A DNA stretch of 64,000 nucleotides, taken from assembly GCA_035689185.1 (NCBI GenBank), contig DASSLY010000010.1, positions 13,036 to 77,035 on the forward strand. The letters are read 5' to 3'. Source of the stretch: Dermatophilaceae bacterium (GTDB taxonomy: Bacteria; Actinomycetota; Actinomycetes; Actinomycetales; Dermatophilaceae). Below are positions 16,541-24,877 of this stretch, piece after piece (the stretch's first letter is position 1; each line of letters opens with the position of its first letter). The translations under genes and the position numbers were made by a program. Below the pieces are notes generated by a model. It made no database searches and was not told the DNA's origin. It saw only the letters and a program-made list of their open reading frames with translations.

Positions 16541-18247
16541 ATGACATCGAGCGCCCAGCTGGGTCCGGAGCAGCGGCAGCGTGCGTGGGCGGAGCTCGGT
16601 TCCGGGGAGTTCGACGTCCTGGTCATCGGGGGCGGGGTGACCGGTGCCGGCGTGGCGCTGGACGCGGCCACGCGCGGCCTGCGGACCGCACTCGTGGAGG
16701 CCCGCGACTACGCCAGCGGCACCTCGTCCCGGTCGAGCAAGCTGTTCCACGGCGGCCTGCGGTACCTGGAGCAGCTCGACTTCGGCCTGGTCCGTGAGGC
16801 CCTGCGAGAACGGGAGCTTATGCTGACCCGGATCGCGCCGCACCTGGTCCGGCCGGTGCCGTTCCTCTACCCGCTGACCCGGCGCGGGTGGGAGCGCCCC
16901 TACGTGGGTGCCGGCCTGATGTTGTACGACACGCTCGGGGGGACCAGCTCGCTGCCACGGCACCGCCACCTGACCCGCCGTGCCGCGCGGGCGCTGTGCC
17001 CGTCGCTGCGCCGCGACGCGCTCGTCGGCGCGGTCCTCTACTACGACGCCCAGGCCGACGACGCCCGGCATACCCTCGCGGTGGTCCGCACCGCGGCCCG
17101 CTACGGCGCGGTCGTGCGCAGCTCGACCGAGGTCACCGAACTGGCCCGCAGCGGCGGGCGGGTCGTCGGCGCGACAGTGCGCGATGTCGAGTCGGGACTC
17201 ACCGCGCACGTGCGCGCCAAGGTCGTGATCAGCTGCGCGGGCGTCTGGACCGACGACATCCAGCGCCTCACCGGCGCCCGGGGGCGGTTCAACGTGCGTG
17301 CCTCCAAGGGGATCCACCTGGTCGTGCCCCGGGACCGGATCGCCTCGGAGACCGGCCTGATCCTGCGCACCGAGCGCTCCGTGCTGTTCGTCATCCCATG
17401 GGGTAACCGGTGGCTCATCGGCACGACCGACACCGACTGGGACCTGGACAAGGCCCACCCGGCGGCCACCCGGGCCGACATCGACTACCTGCTGCTGCGG
17501 GTCAACAAGGTGCTGTCCATCCCGTTGCGCCGCGAGGACATCCTCGGCGTGTACGCCGGGCTGCGCCCGCTGCTGTCAGGGGAGTCCGAGGACACCAGCC
17601 AGCTCTCGCGGGAGCACTCGGTGTCCCGGCCGGTGCCGGGACTGGTGGCCGTGGCGGGCGGGAAATACACGACCTACCGGGTGATGGCCCGCGACGCGGT
17701 GGAGGTCGCGGCGGCCGACATCGGGCACCCCCTGCCTCCCTGCGTCACCGACCACACTCCCCTCGTCGGCTCCGACGGTTACCAGGCGCTGGCCAACTCC
17801 GCGGAGGCCCACGCCGCCGAGCACAACATCCCGCCGTGGCGATACCGGCGGCTGCTGGACCGGTTCGGCAGCGAGGCCGGTGACGTCCTGGCCGCGGGTG
17901 CGGACAACCCGGCGCTGCTGGAGCCGGTCCCCGGCGCCGACGACTACCTGATGGCCGAACTGCACCGCGCGGTCACCCACGAGGGAGCCCTGCACCTGGA
18001 CGACCTGTTGACCAGGCGGACGCGGATCTCCATCGAAACCGGACACCGCGGGGCCGGGTCGGCGCAGGCGGTGGCGGAGGTCGTCGCCGGCGTCCTCGGG
18101 TGGGACCAGCCGACCATCAGCAAGGAGGTGGACAGCTACCTGTCCCGGGTTGCGGCGGAACGAGCCTCCCAGGACGCCGAGCTCGACGCCGATGCCATCA
18201 GCAGGCGCCTGACGGCCATCGACATCAGGCAGCCGCTGCGCATGTGA
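16541..18247 (+). CDS. glpD: FAD-dependent glycerol-3-phosphate dehydrogenase
   Basis: 568 aa. 'DVLVIGGGVTGAGVALDAATRGLRTALVEARDYASGTSSRSSKLFHGGLRYLE' is the classic GlpD N-terminus. Confidence 0.85.
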   Translation: MTSSAQLGPEQRQRAWAELGSGEFDVLVIGGGVTGAGVALDAATRGLRTALVEARDYASGTSSRSSKLFHGGLRYLEQLDFGLVREALRERELMLTRIAPHLVRPVPFLYPLTRRGWERPYVGAGLMLYDTLGGTSSLPRHRHLTRRAARALCPSLRRDALVGAVLYYDAQADDARHTLAVVRTAARYGAVVRSSTEVTELARSGGRVVGATVRDVESGLTAHVRAKVVISCAGVWTDDIQRLTGARGRFNVRASKGIHLVVPRDRIASETGLILRTERSVLFVIPWGNRWLIGTTDTDWDLDKAHPAATRADIDYLLLRVNKVLSIPLRREDILGVYAGLRPLLSGESEDTSQLSREHSVSRPVPGLVAVAGGKYTTYRVMARDAVEVAAADIGHPLPPCVTDHTPLVGSDGYQALANSAEAHAAEHNIPPWRYRRLLDRFGSEAGDVLAAGADNPALLEPVPGADDYLMAELHRAVTHEGALHLDDLLTRRTRISIETGHRGAGSAQAVAEVVAGVLGWDQPTISKEVDSYLSRVAAERASQDAELDADAISRRLTAIDIRQPLRM

Positions 18248-18416
18248 CGCACGGTTCGGCCGGCGCCGCGCACCCCGGGTCGGCGGCAGGTGGCCGGTGT
18301 CACGTGCGCCCGGTTCCCTCCCGGAACGCCCATGGAACGGCCGCGTCACGCCATACAGGTGAGGCCACCGCAGGGGTGGCCCGGGGCGCGACCCCAGTCA
18401 CCGAGGAGAACCCGTC

Positions 18417-19745
18417 ATGACCCGTCCCAGATCCCACCGGTCCACCTCCGCGATCCTGGCCGAGATCCTCGACCAGCACGGCAAGCACTCGACGCTCGGG
18501 CGCAAGCTTCGGGCCAACAGAGACCGCAACTGGCTGCTGGCGCTCACACTCAACAGCTTCGCCAAGGTCGCCACGTCGATACCACTGACCGACCTGGAGT
18601 CGGTCATCGTGGCCGCCTATGAGGCGGAGGGGCTCGGCGAGCTGATGCGCGAGCACGGCCGCACGTATGCCGCGATGCCGGCTCAGGCACGCCGGGACCT
18701 GTTCCCGGGCCGGTTCGCGCTGCTGGACGTGGCCACCGGCTACACCACAGCCGACCTGGTCCGCGACCTGCCGGGCCTGGACGCGGCGGTCCGGTCGATG
18801 CCCAACGCCACCGACGTCGACGTTGCCGGCGTGCACGAAGGCCGGGTGGCGCTGGCCGACGTCCGACGGCCTCGCCGCGCGGTCGTCCGGGAGCACGGCG
18901 GGGAGCTGTTGTGCGCTGTCCAGCCGGCCGGCCCAGGCATCCAGGCGGACGCGGCCACGGACCCCTTCTCGATCAAGGCCACCGGCTTCCACTGCTCCGA
19001 CGAGACGGGAGTCGACTTCTTCGGCAGCGACGAGCCGTACTGGGTCTTCGGCTCGGTCGGCGCCGGCGTGGCCATCACCACGCGGAGCCGGGTGTTCGGC
19101 GACGTCGACTCCGGCGACAACCTCACCTTCAACGACGGCGAGGGCTGGATCTGGGGCCAGGACGGCCAGCCCCACCCGCTGCCCGACGGGCAGATCGGCT
19201 CGCTGGTCTCGCTGTGGGAGCACGACAGCGGCGACCCGGAGGAGGTCAGGTCGGCGACCGCCGCGGCGTTCGCCACGGCAGCCGCCGTGCTGGCGGTGAC
19301 CGGGGTGGCGGCCTGGGTCGGCGCAGTGGTCGCCGGAGTCGGTTCGGTCGTCTCCTGGCTGATCGGGTTCATGGACGACGACCACATCGCCGACCAGACG
19401 TTCATCTTCGACCGGCAGACCGTCATCGACCAGGCCGGCAAGGTGGGCTCCTCGTTCAACGTCTCGCGCCGGTTCACCGACGGTGACGGCGACTACACCC
19501 TGACCATCGCGGTCACCCATCTCGGCCCGCCGGCCCCGCCGCCCGCGACCACCACGGTCCCCGACGTGCTGGAGGAGGACACCGGCAGCGCGCTCGCCGA
19601 CGTCCAGGCGGCCGGGCTTGTGGCCACGACGACGGGGACGAACGGGTCCGGCTCGTGGGTCTTCCGGCAGTCGCCGCTCGGCGGGGTGACCGTGCCCGTC
19701 GGCAGCTCGGTCACACTGCTGCTGCGGACCGGCCCACGCCTCTGA
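18417..19745 (+). CDS. protein of unknown function with an internal ~40-aa hydrophobic segment and a C-terminal PASTA domain
   Basis: 442 aa with no signal peptide. Hydrophobic run 'AAAFATAAAVLAVTGVAAWVGAVVAGVGSVVSWLIGF' at about nt 19263..19383. C-terminus 'VPDVLEEDTGSALADVQAAGLVATTTG...VFRQSPLGGVTVPVGSSVTLLL' is PASTA-like. Confidence 0.7.
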   Translation: MTRPRSHRSTSAILAEILDQHGKHSTLGRKLRANRDRNWLLALTLNSFAKVATSIPLTDLESVIVAAYEAEGLGELMREHGRTYAAMPAQARRDLFPGRFALLDVATGYTTADLVRDLPGLDAAVRSMPNATDVDVAGVHEGRVALADVRRPRRAVVREHGGELLCAVQPAGPGIQADAATDPFSIKATGFHCSDETGVDFFGSDEPYWVFGSVGAGVAITTRSRVFGDVDSGDNLTFNDGEGWIWGQDGQPHPLPDGQIGSLVSLWEHDSGDPEEVRSATAAAFATAAAVLAVTGVAAWVGAVVAGVGSVVSWLIGFMDDDHIADQTFIFDRQTVIDQAGKVGSSFNVSRRFTDGDGDYTLTIAVTHLGPPAPPPATTTVPDVLEEDTGSALADVQAAGLVATTTGTNGSGSWVFRQSPLGGVTVPVGSSVTLLLRTGPRL

Positions 19746-19863
19746 CCGCTGCGCGCGGCCCGTCGCCCGTCACGGCACGCTCCCACCTGCGCGACGCCAG
19801 GGCGACGAGCGCCGCAGCGCAGCCGAGGTCGCCGCCGCTTCGGGGTGCCTGAGGCCGCCACCG

Positions 19864-19923
19864 GCCACCGGGCCGGGACGGCAGCCACCGGGCCGGGACG
19901 GCGGCCACCGGGCCGGGACGGCG
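19864..19923. repeat. 3 x 20-nt tandem repeat (GCCACCGGGCCGGGACGGCR)
   Basis: Direct reading shows three consecutive copies differing only at the last base. Intergenic. Confidence 0.9.
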
Positions 19924-20084
19924 GTCGCCTGGGCAGCCGCCCCGCCGTCACGATCGCCGTCCCGGGCGCCTGAGGCAGCCACCGGGCCGGGCCGGCAGCC
20001 GTGACGGGCCGGCAGCCGTGACGGCCCAACGGTCGCCTGGGCAGCCGCCCCGCCGTCACGATCCCCGTCCCGGGCGCCTGAAGC
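19924..20084. repeat. two copies of a 53-nt unit (GTCGCCTGGGCAGCCGCCCCGCCGTCACGATC[G/C]CCGTCCCGGGCGCCTGA[G/A]GC) separated by 55 nt that contain a GGCCGGCAGCCGTGACG duplication
   Basis: Copies at 19924..19976 and 20032..20084 differ at 2 positions. Confidence 0.85.
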
Positions 20085-20164
20085 CGCCTCACTGAAGGCG
20101 CCGATGGGCAGGGCGATTGCGACAAGAACAGGCGAGGGGACGCTGCTTTTCCCCGATCACCGGC

Positions 20165-20272
20165 GAGACGTCGGCGCCGGCCTGCCGCCGATGTGGCGCG
20201 ACAGATGTCGGCGCCAGCCGGCCGCAGATGTGGCGCGACAGATGTCGGCGCCGACCCGCCGCAGATGTGGGC
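20165..20272. repeat. ~36-nt direct repeat (GCCGCAGATGTGGCGCGACAGATGTCGGCGCC), two full and two partial copies
   Basis: Full copies at about 20186..20215 and 20221..20252. Each unit contains a short hairpin TGGCGC-N11-GCGCCA. Confidence 0.8.
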
Positions 20273-20332
20273 TCGTCCCCGTCGGGACGGTACCCGCTGG
20301 TATCACGGCGTGCTGGCCGGTCTCCTCCCCTC

Positions 20333-22450
20333 GTGCAGAGCGTGCGCCCGGTCGGGCGACCCGAGGGCGGCGTCCGCCGCGCACCTGGGTGGCCGGACGC
20401 GGCGCCATCGGCCGCCCGCAGCGAGGCCGACCTCATCCACCTCGCTCCACGGGCCGGCGGTCCCGCCGAGCAGCCGGCGGCCGCCCGTTCCGACCCGGCG
20501 AGCCTGCGCCAGCGCGGCGAACACGCGCTGTTTGCGGACGGCTCGCTCCTCGATGCGCGCCGCTGGTTCGGCGCCGCATACGACGCGGCGCAGTCCGGCC
20601 ACCAGCCGGAGGAGCTGGCGCGGGCCGCCCTCGGCCTGGGCGGCCTGTGGCTCCACGAGCATCGCTCGGCGGCGGGCGCTGCCGACGTCGAGGCGCGGCA
20701 GCGGCGAGCCCTGTCCGGCCTCGACCCCGGATCCCCGCTCGCGCTGCGGCTCCGGCTGCGGCTCGCCGCCGAGGCCGACTACCGGCAGGGCGCCAACGCC
20801 GACGTGCTAGCCCTCGTCGAGGAGGCGCGCCGCGCCGAAGACCCGGTCGCGCTTGCCGAGGCGTCCAGCCTGGCCCACCACTGCCTGCTGGGACCTGAGC
20901 ACGCCGCACTCCGCTTGACGATGGCAGGCGACCTGCTCATGGCCGGCGCGCGCACGGGGCGCCGCGCCGACGTGCTGATGGGGTTGCTCTGGCGCACGGT
21001 GGACCTGTTCCTGGCCGGGGACCGGCAGGCGGAACGCTCTCTCAGTGAGCTGCGTGTCGCGCTGTGCGAGCGGGACCACCTGGCGGTGGGGTTCGTGGTT
21101 TCCGCGCTCGAGGTGATGCTCGCGATCCGGGCGGGTCGCTTCGAGGCAGCACAGACCCTCGCCGGCTCCTGCGCGGAGCACGGCGCCGCGGCCGGGGACG
21201 CCGACGCCACCGGCTGGTATGGCGCGCAGCTGGTCGCCATCCGGTGGTTCCAGGGACGCAGCGGCGAGCTGTTGCCGTACCTGCGTGACGTCGCGCACTC
21301 CCCGACACTGAGCGCGGCGGACAACGCCTACTTCGCCGCCCTGGCCGTCGCGGCCGCGCTCGCCGGCGACCCGCAGCAGGCCACCTGCGCGCTGGCCCGG
21401 CTTCGCGGCCGCCACCTTCGCCAGCTGACCCGGTCCAGCAGCTGGCTGGTGGCGATGAACGGTGTGATCGAGGCCGCGCACCTGCTGGGTGACGGCCAGA
21501 CCAGCGGGCAGGCCTATGCGCTGGTCCGCCCGTTCGCCCGGCTGCCGATGATGGCCAGCCTCGGTGCCGCCTGCTTCGGCTCCTCGCACCAGGCATTGGG
21601 GCTGGCCTCGATGACGCTGGGTGAGGTCGACCGTGCGGTGCGTCATTTCGAGGCGGCCGTCCTGGCCAACCAGGCTCTGGGCCACTGGCCCGCCACGGTG
21701 CTCGCACGTCACCGGCTGGGCTGGGCTCTGGGAGTCCGCGACGAGGGCGGGGACGCAGACGACGCCGCCGGTCACCGGGAGGCTGCGGCGCGCGAGGCGA
21801 GCCGGCTGGGCATGGTGCTGCCGCCCTCCGGCGTGGTCGGGGCCAGCCGTTGCCCGACCGCCGCGCGGGCCGCTGACACACCCGCAGCAGAGGCCGTTCG
21901 GCAGGGACGTCAGTGGCTGGTGCGGCTGGACGGCCGGGTAGCAACGATCGGCGACTGCCTCGGCATGACCTATCTCGCGGTCCTGCTGAGCCGTCCGGGC
22001 GTGGAGGTTCCGGCCCTGGAGCTGGTCGCCGCCGGTGCGGCGGGCCGGCCGGGCCAGCTCCGCCAGCCGGGCCAGCAGGTGCTGGATGACGTCGCGAGGC
22101 GTGCCTACCGACGGCGGCTGGCCGAGCTGGACGCGCAGCTCGACCGGTGCCGGGCGATCGCCGACGCCGCCGGGGAGGCAGCAGCGGAGGCCGAGCGGAC
22201 CTGGCTGGTCTCAGAGCTGAAGGCCGCGATCGGCCTGGGCGGGCACCCGCGTCGCTTCGGCGACGACACCGAGCGAGCCCGCATCGCCGTCGGCAAGGCG
22301 GTCCGCCGGGCCATCGACCGGCTGGCTGCGGCCGACCCCACCATCGGCCGCGCCCTGCGATCCGGCGTCCACACCGGGGTGCGCTGCTGCTACCAGCCTG
22401 CCGACGTCGCCGTCATGGCCGGCCCCGTGGCGGCGCGGCGGACCGGCTGA
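20333..22450 (+). CDS. helical-repeat (TPR/MalT-like) regulator-like protein without NTPase or HTH motifs; start codon uncertain
   Basis: Long ORF (track: TTG 20117). Its 5' portion overlaps the repeat arrays and is Arg-rich. The first plausible in-frame GTGs are at 20333 and 20342. The body is helical-repeat-like ('AALGLGGLWLHEH', 'ALGHWPATVLARHRLGWALG'). The C-terminal module is 'GRQWLVRLDGRVATIGDCLGMTYLAVLLSRPGVEVPALEL ... ERARIAVGKAVRRAIDRL ... GVRCCYQP'. Confidence 0.5.
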   Translation: MQSVRPVGRPEGGVRRAPGWPDAAPSAARSEADLIHLAPRAGGPAEQPAAARSDPASLRQRGEHALFADGSLLDARRWFGAAYDAAQSGHQPEELARAALGLGGLWLHEHRSAAGAADVEARQRRALSGLDPGSPLALRLRLRLAAEADYRQGANADVLALVEEARRAEDPVALAEASSLAHHCLLGPEHAALRLTMAGDLLMAGARTGRRADVLMGLLWRTVDLFLAGDRQAERSLSELRVALCERDHLAVGFVVSALEVMLAIRAGRFEAAQTLAGSCAEHGAAAGDADATGWYGAQLVAIRWFQGRSGELLPYLRDVAHSPTLSAADNAYFAALAVAAALAGDPQQATCALARLRGRHLRQLTRSSSWLVAMNGVIEAAHLLGDGQTSGQAYALVRPFARLPMMASLGAACFGSSHQALGLASMTLGEVDRAVRHFEAAVLANQALGHWPATVLARHRLGWALGVRDEGGDADDAAGHREAAAREASRLGMVLPPSGVVGASRCPTAARAADTPAAEAVRQGRQWLVRLDGRVATIGDCLGMTYLAVLLSRPGVEVPALELVAAGAAGRPGQLRQPGQQVLDDVARRAYRRRLAELDAQLDRCRAIADAAGEAAAEAERTWLVSELKAAIGLGGHPRRFGDDTERARIAVGKAVRRAIDRLAAADPTIGRALRSGVHTGVRCCYQPADVAVMAGPVAARRTG

Positions 22451-22553
22451 GCCGCCGTGGACGCACGCGCCCTTGTCGGCCCCCTTCCGCCGGCGCCGGG
22501 GAGGGTGCAGGCTGGGAGTGCTGAGGGTACGGAGCGTGAGGAGAGGAGCTGCC

Positions 22554-22754
22554 ATGCGCGCATCGGTGGGTGACCGGCTGCACGTGCACGGCCGGGCTGT
22601 GGGGTCACCCGACCAGACCTCGGAGATCATCGAGATTCGCGGCCCCGACGGGGGGCCGCCGTACCTCGTCCGCCGCGAGGACGGGCACGAGGTTCTCGTC
22701 TTCCCGGGTGGGGACGCCTCGGTCGAGCACCCGCAAGGCACCGCGAGCAGCTGA
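22554..22754 (+). CDS. DUF1918-like small protein
   Basis: ATG 22554 follows GAGGAGAGGAG. 'MRASVGDRLHVHGRAVGSPDQTSEIIEIRGPDGGPPYLVRREDGHEVLVFPGGD'. Confidence 0.65.
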   Translation: MRASVGDRLHVHGRAVGSPDQTSEIIEIRGPDGGPPYLVRREDGHEVLVFPGGDASVEHPQGTASS

Positions 22755-22825
22755 CCGGCAGCCGTCAGCGAGCCGGCCGGCCGCGCGCCGGCCGGACTGG
22801 CGCGGAATCACGGTCCCGGCCGTGG

Positions 22826-23296
22826 CTAGCCGGCCGGGCGGAGTTGCAGTACGGGCAGCGGCCGGTCGGTCTTGCCGGCGTACCCGTGGAACACCGGCGC
22901 CCTCGCCACGACCCGCGCCCAGGCGTGCCGCCTCGCCTCGCCCTCGAGTTGCTCCACCCGGACGCGGTGCTTGACGCCGTCCACTTCCGCCCACACCTGG
23001 TCCGGGTGGGCCACGATGTTGTGGTACCAGCCGGGGTGCTTGGCCGCCCCGCCGTATGACGCCACGACCACCCAGCCGTCCTCGCCGTCACCGAACCGGG
23101 CGACCGGATGGGTCCGCTGCTCGCCGCTGCGCGCGCCGACGGTGGTCAGGTAGAGCACCCCCAGTCCCTTGAACTGGTCCCCGCTGCGCCGGTGCCACCG
23201 GATCGCCAGCGGGAGCATCAGCTTCACCAGCCACGCCGGAGGCGTACGTCCGCCCCGCGTGCCTCCCGGCAGCTTGGCAATCGACATGACGGTCAC
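22826..23296 (-). CDS. deazaflavin (F420)-dependent nitroreductase family protein (Ddn-like)
   Basis: 156 aa. 'LLYLTTVGARSGEQRTHPV', 'VVASYGGAAKHPGWYHNI' and 'RPLPVLQL' are typical of the family. Confidence 0.8.
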   Translation of the reverse strand: MTVMSIAKLPGGTRGGRTPPAWLVKLMLPLAIRWHRRSGDQFKGLGVLYLTTVGARSGEQRTHPVARFGDGEDGWVVVASYGGAAKHPGWYHNIVAHPDQVWAEVDGVKHRVRVEQLEGEARRHAWARVVARAPVFHGYAGKTDRPLPVLQLRPAG

Positions 23297-23368
23297 CCTT
23301 TCATCCGGCCACGTTGAGCGGCATCAGTCGTCGGGCAACCCGACCGATCCACCCTCGAGGATCTTCGT

Positions 23369-23785
23369 TCATAGCGGCGCGGCCGACCACCCCGTCCAGC
23401 GGTCCACCTGCACCGCCACCAGCGGGCCGTCCAGCGACACCCGTTGGTACTGCGGGTAGCGCTCGGCCAGGGCGACCAGGCCGTCATGCCCGGCCGGCGG
23501 GTCGAACAGGACCGTCGCCGCGCCGTCCGCGCGGACCCACCACAGGCGCGACCAGTCCGCCTCGTAGTGGTCCACCAGCAACGAGCACCGCGGCCGCTGC
23601 ACGAGATTGACCAGTCGCTGCAGCCGCCGGGTGCGCTTCGGCTTCCCGTCCACCGCGGTGTAGACCGTGTCCCCGACCAGTGCGAACACCACCGGGACCA
23701 GGTGCGGCTGGCCACCATGACCCACCGTGGCCAGGCGCGCCACCGGACTGGCCGCGAACCGGCGCCGCATCTCGGCTTCGTCCAC
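23369..23785 (-). CDS. PPOX-class (pyridoxamine 5'-phosphate oxidase-like) probable F420-dependent enzyme
   Basis: 138 aa. 'ARLATVGHGGQPHLVPVVFAL', 'KPKRTRRLQRLVNL' and 'DWSRLWWVRADG'. Confidence 0.75.
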   Translation of the reverse strand: MDEAEMRRRFAASPVARLATVGHGGQPHLVPVVFALVGDTVYTAVDGKPKRTRRLQRLVNLVQRPRCSLLVDHYEADWSRLWWVRADGAATVLFDPPAGHDGLVALAERYPQYQRVSLDGPLVAVQVDRWTGWSAAPL

Positions 23786-23944
23786 CAGGCAGTCCTACCA
23801 AGGTGTCAGGGCCCTCCGCGCGCCCGGCTGCACGCCTCCGCCGTTTCGTCATGGCCGGGAGGGGTACCGCGACGGCATACCAGGGGTGGTTGCCGTTGCG
23901 GTCGACCGGCGTCGCCCGGCTTGACCCTCGAAGGAGATGCCCCT

Positions 23945-24445
23945 ATGTCCACGGACGCCATCGTGCTCCTCAAGCAGGACCACAAGCAGATTCGCGCGCT
24001 GTTCACCCGGTTCGAGCGGGCCGGGGCCGGCGCGCGGGTCGAGCGGGGGCGGCTGGTCAAGCAGGTGCTGGAGCTGCTGACCGTGCACACCTACATCGAG
24101 AACGAGTGCATGTACCCCAGGGTCCGCGCGCTGCTGCCCGACCTGGAGGCAGACGTGCTGGAGTCCTACGAGGAGCACCACGTCGCCGACGTGCTGTGCA
24201 CCGAGCTGTCGCTGATGAAGCCCACCGACGAACGGTTCGACGCCAAGGCCACGGTGCTCATCGAGTCGGTGAGGCACCACATGGAGGAGGAGGAGCGGGA
24301 CTGGTTCCCCAAGGTCCGCAGCGCGCTCGGGCGAAAGCAGCTGCAGGAGCTCGGAGCCGAGATGATCGAGCTGAAGCGCACCGCGCCGCGCTCGCCGGCG
24401 CAGCCGAGCGCCATCAAGAAGGCGATTGACGCCGTCGTCAGCTAG
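23945..24445 (+). CDS. hemerythrin-domain protein
   Basis: ATG 23945. 'DAIVLLKQDHKQIRALF', 'EEHHVADVL' and 'HHMEEEERDWFPKV' (His/Glu di-iron ligand pattern). Confidence 0.8.
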   Translation: MSTDAIVLLKQDHKQIRALFTRFERAGAGARVERGRLVKQVLELLTVHTYIENECMYPRVRALLPDLEADVLESYEEHHVADVLCTELSLMKPTDERFDAKATVLIESVRHHMEEEERDWFPKVRSALGRKQLQELGAEMIELKRTAPRSPAQPSAIKKAIDAVVS

Positions 24446-24472
24446 CTTCCGGCTCCGGCGGCGGTGAGGGGA

Positions 24473-24826
24473 TCAGCGCGACTTCTTCACCTTGGCGGGC
24501 AGGGTGGCCACGTAGTCCTTGGCCTTGCCGACCCAGGCGGCCGCCTCCACGTCCGGCAACACGGCCGGCAACGCGAGGTAGCCGCCCATCGGTCGGTCCG
24601 GGGGGCCGAACGGGCCGGCGCCGGGCAGCTGGGCGAGCTCAGCTGCCTCAGGCGGCGCCAGCTTGACGCCCACCGTGGAGCCGAACAGCCCGGCGAACAT
24701 GTTCCCCTGCACGAAGGCTGCGAGCTGGCCGAACATCGGCTTCAGCTCGACGCCCTCGGCATCCGGCACGAGCGACCGGAATCGCTGCTTCGCCTCGTCG
24801 GTGGGCTTGGGCATCTGCATGCGCAT
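24473..24826 (-). CDS. TfoX/Sxy N-terminal domain family protein
   Basis: 117 aa. 'KPMFGQLAAFVQGNMFAGLFGSTVGVKL'. Confidence 0.7.
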   Translation of the reverse strand: MRMQMPKPTDEAKQRFRSLVPDAEGVELKPMFGQLAAFVQGNMFAGLFGSTVGVKLAPPEAAELAQLPGAGPFGPPDRPMGGYLALPAVLPDVEAAAWVGKAKDYVATLPAKVKKSR

Positions 24827-24877
24827 CGTCCTTTCAGAGTGCCGCTAGGTGACGCCTGACGCTGCATCGGGCCGGTG

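Noticed and set aside
16541-18247. Treating glpD as part of the sugar operon.
   Set aside because: It is separated from the TauE gene by about 118 nt and is a common housekeeping gene. The link to sulfoquinovosyl-glycerol use is only speculative.
19850-20272. Possible CRISPR array in the repeat-dense intergenic region.
   Set aside because: The repeat units have different lengths (20, 53 and ~36 nt) and are directly tandem or irregularly spaced. There are no uniform unique spacers and no cas genes in the window.
20117-20332. The TTG 20117 start, and coding status of the 5' part of ORF 20117..22450.
   Set aside because: This stretch coincides with the direct-repeat arrays and translates to Arg/Pro/Cys-rich sequence (MWRDRCRRRPAAD repeated). 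It is more likely leader or promoter DNA. The true start remains uncertain.
22826-24826. The F420-type oxidoreductases, hemerythrin-domain protein and TfoX-like gene as a functional island.
   Set aside because: The genes are in mixed orientations with separate promoters. These are common singleton families in actinobacteria, and nothing in the sequence links them.
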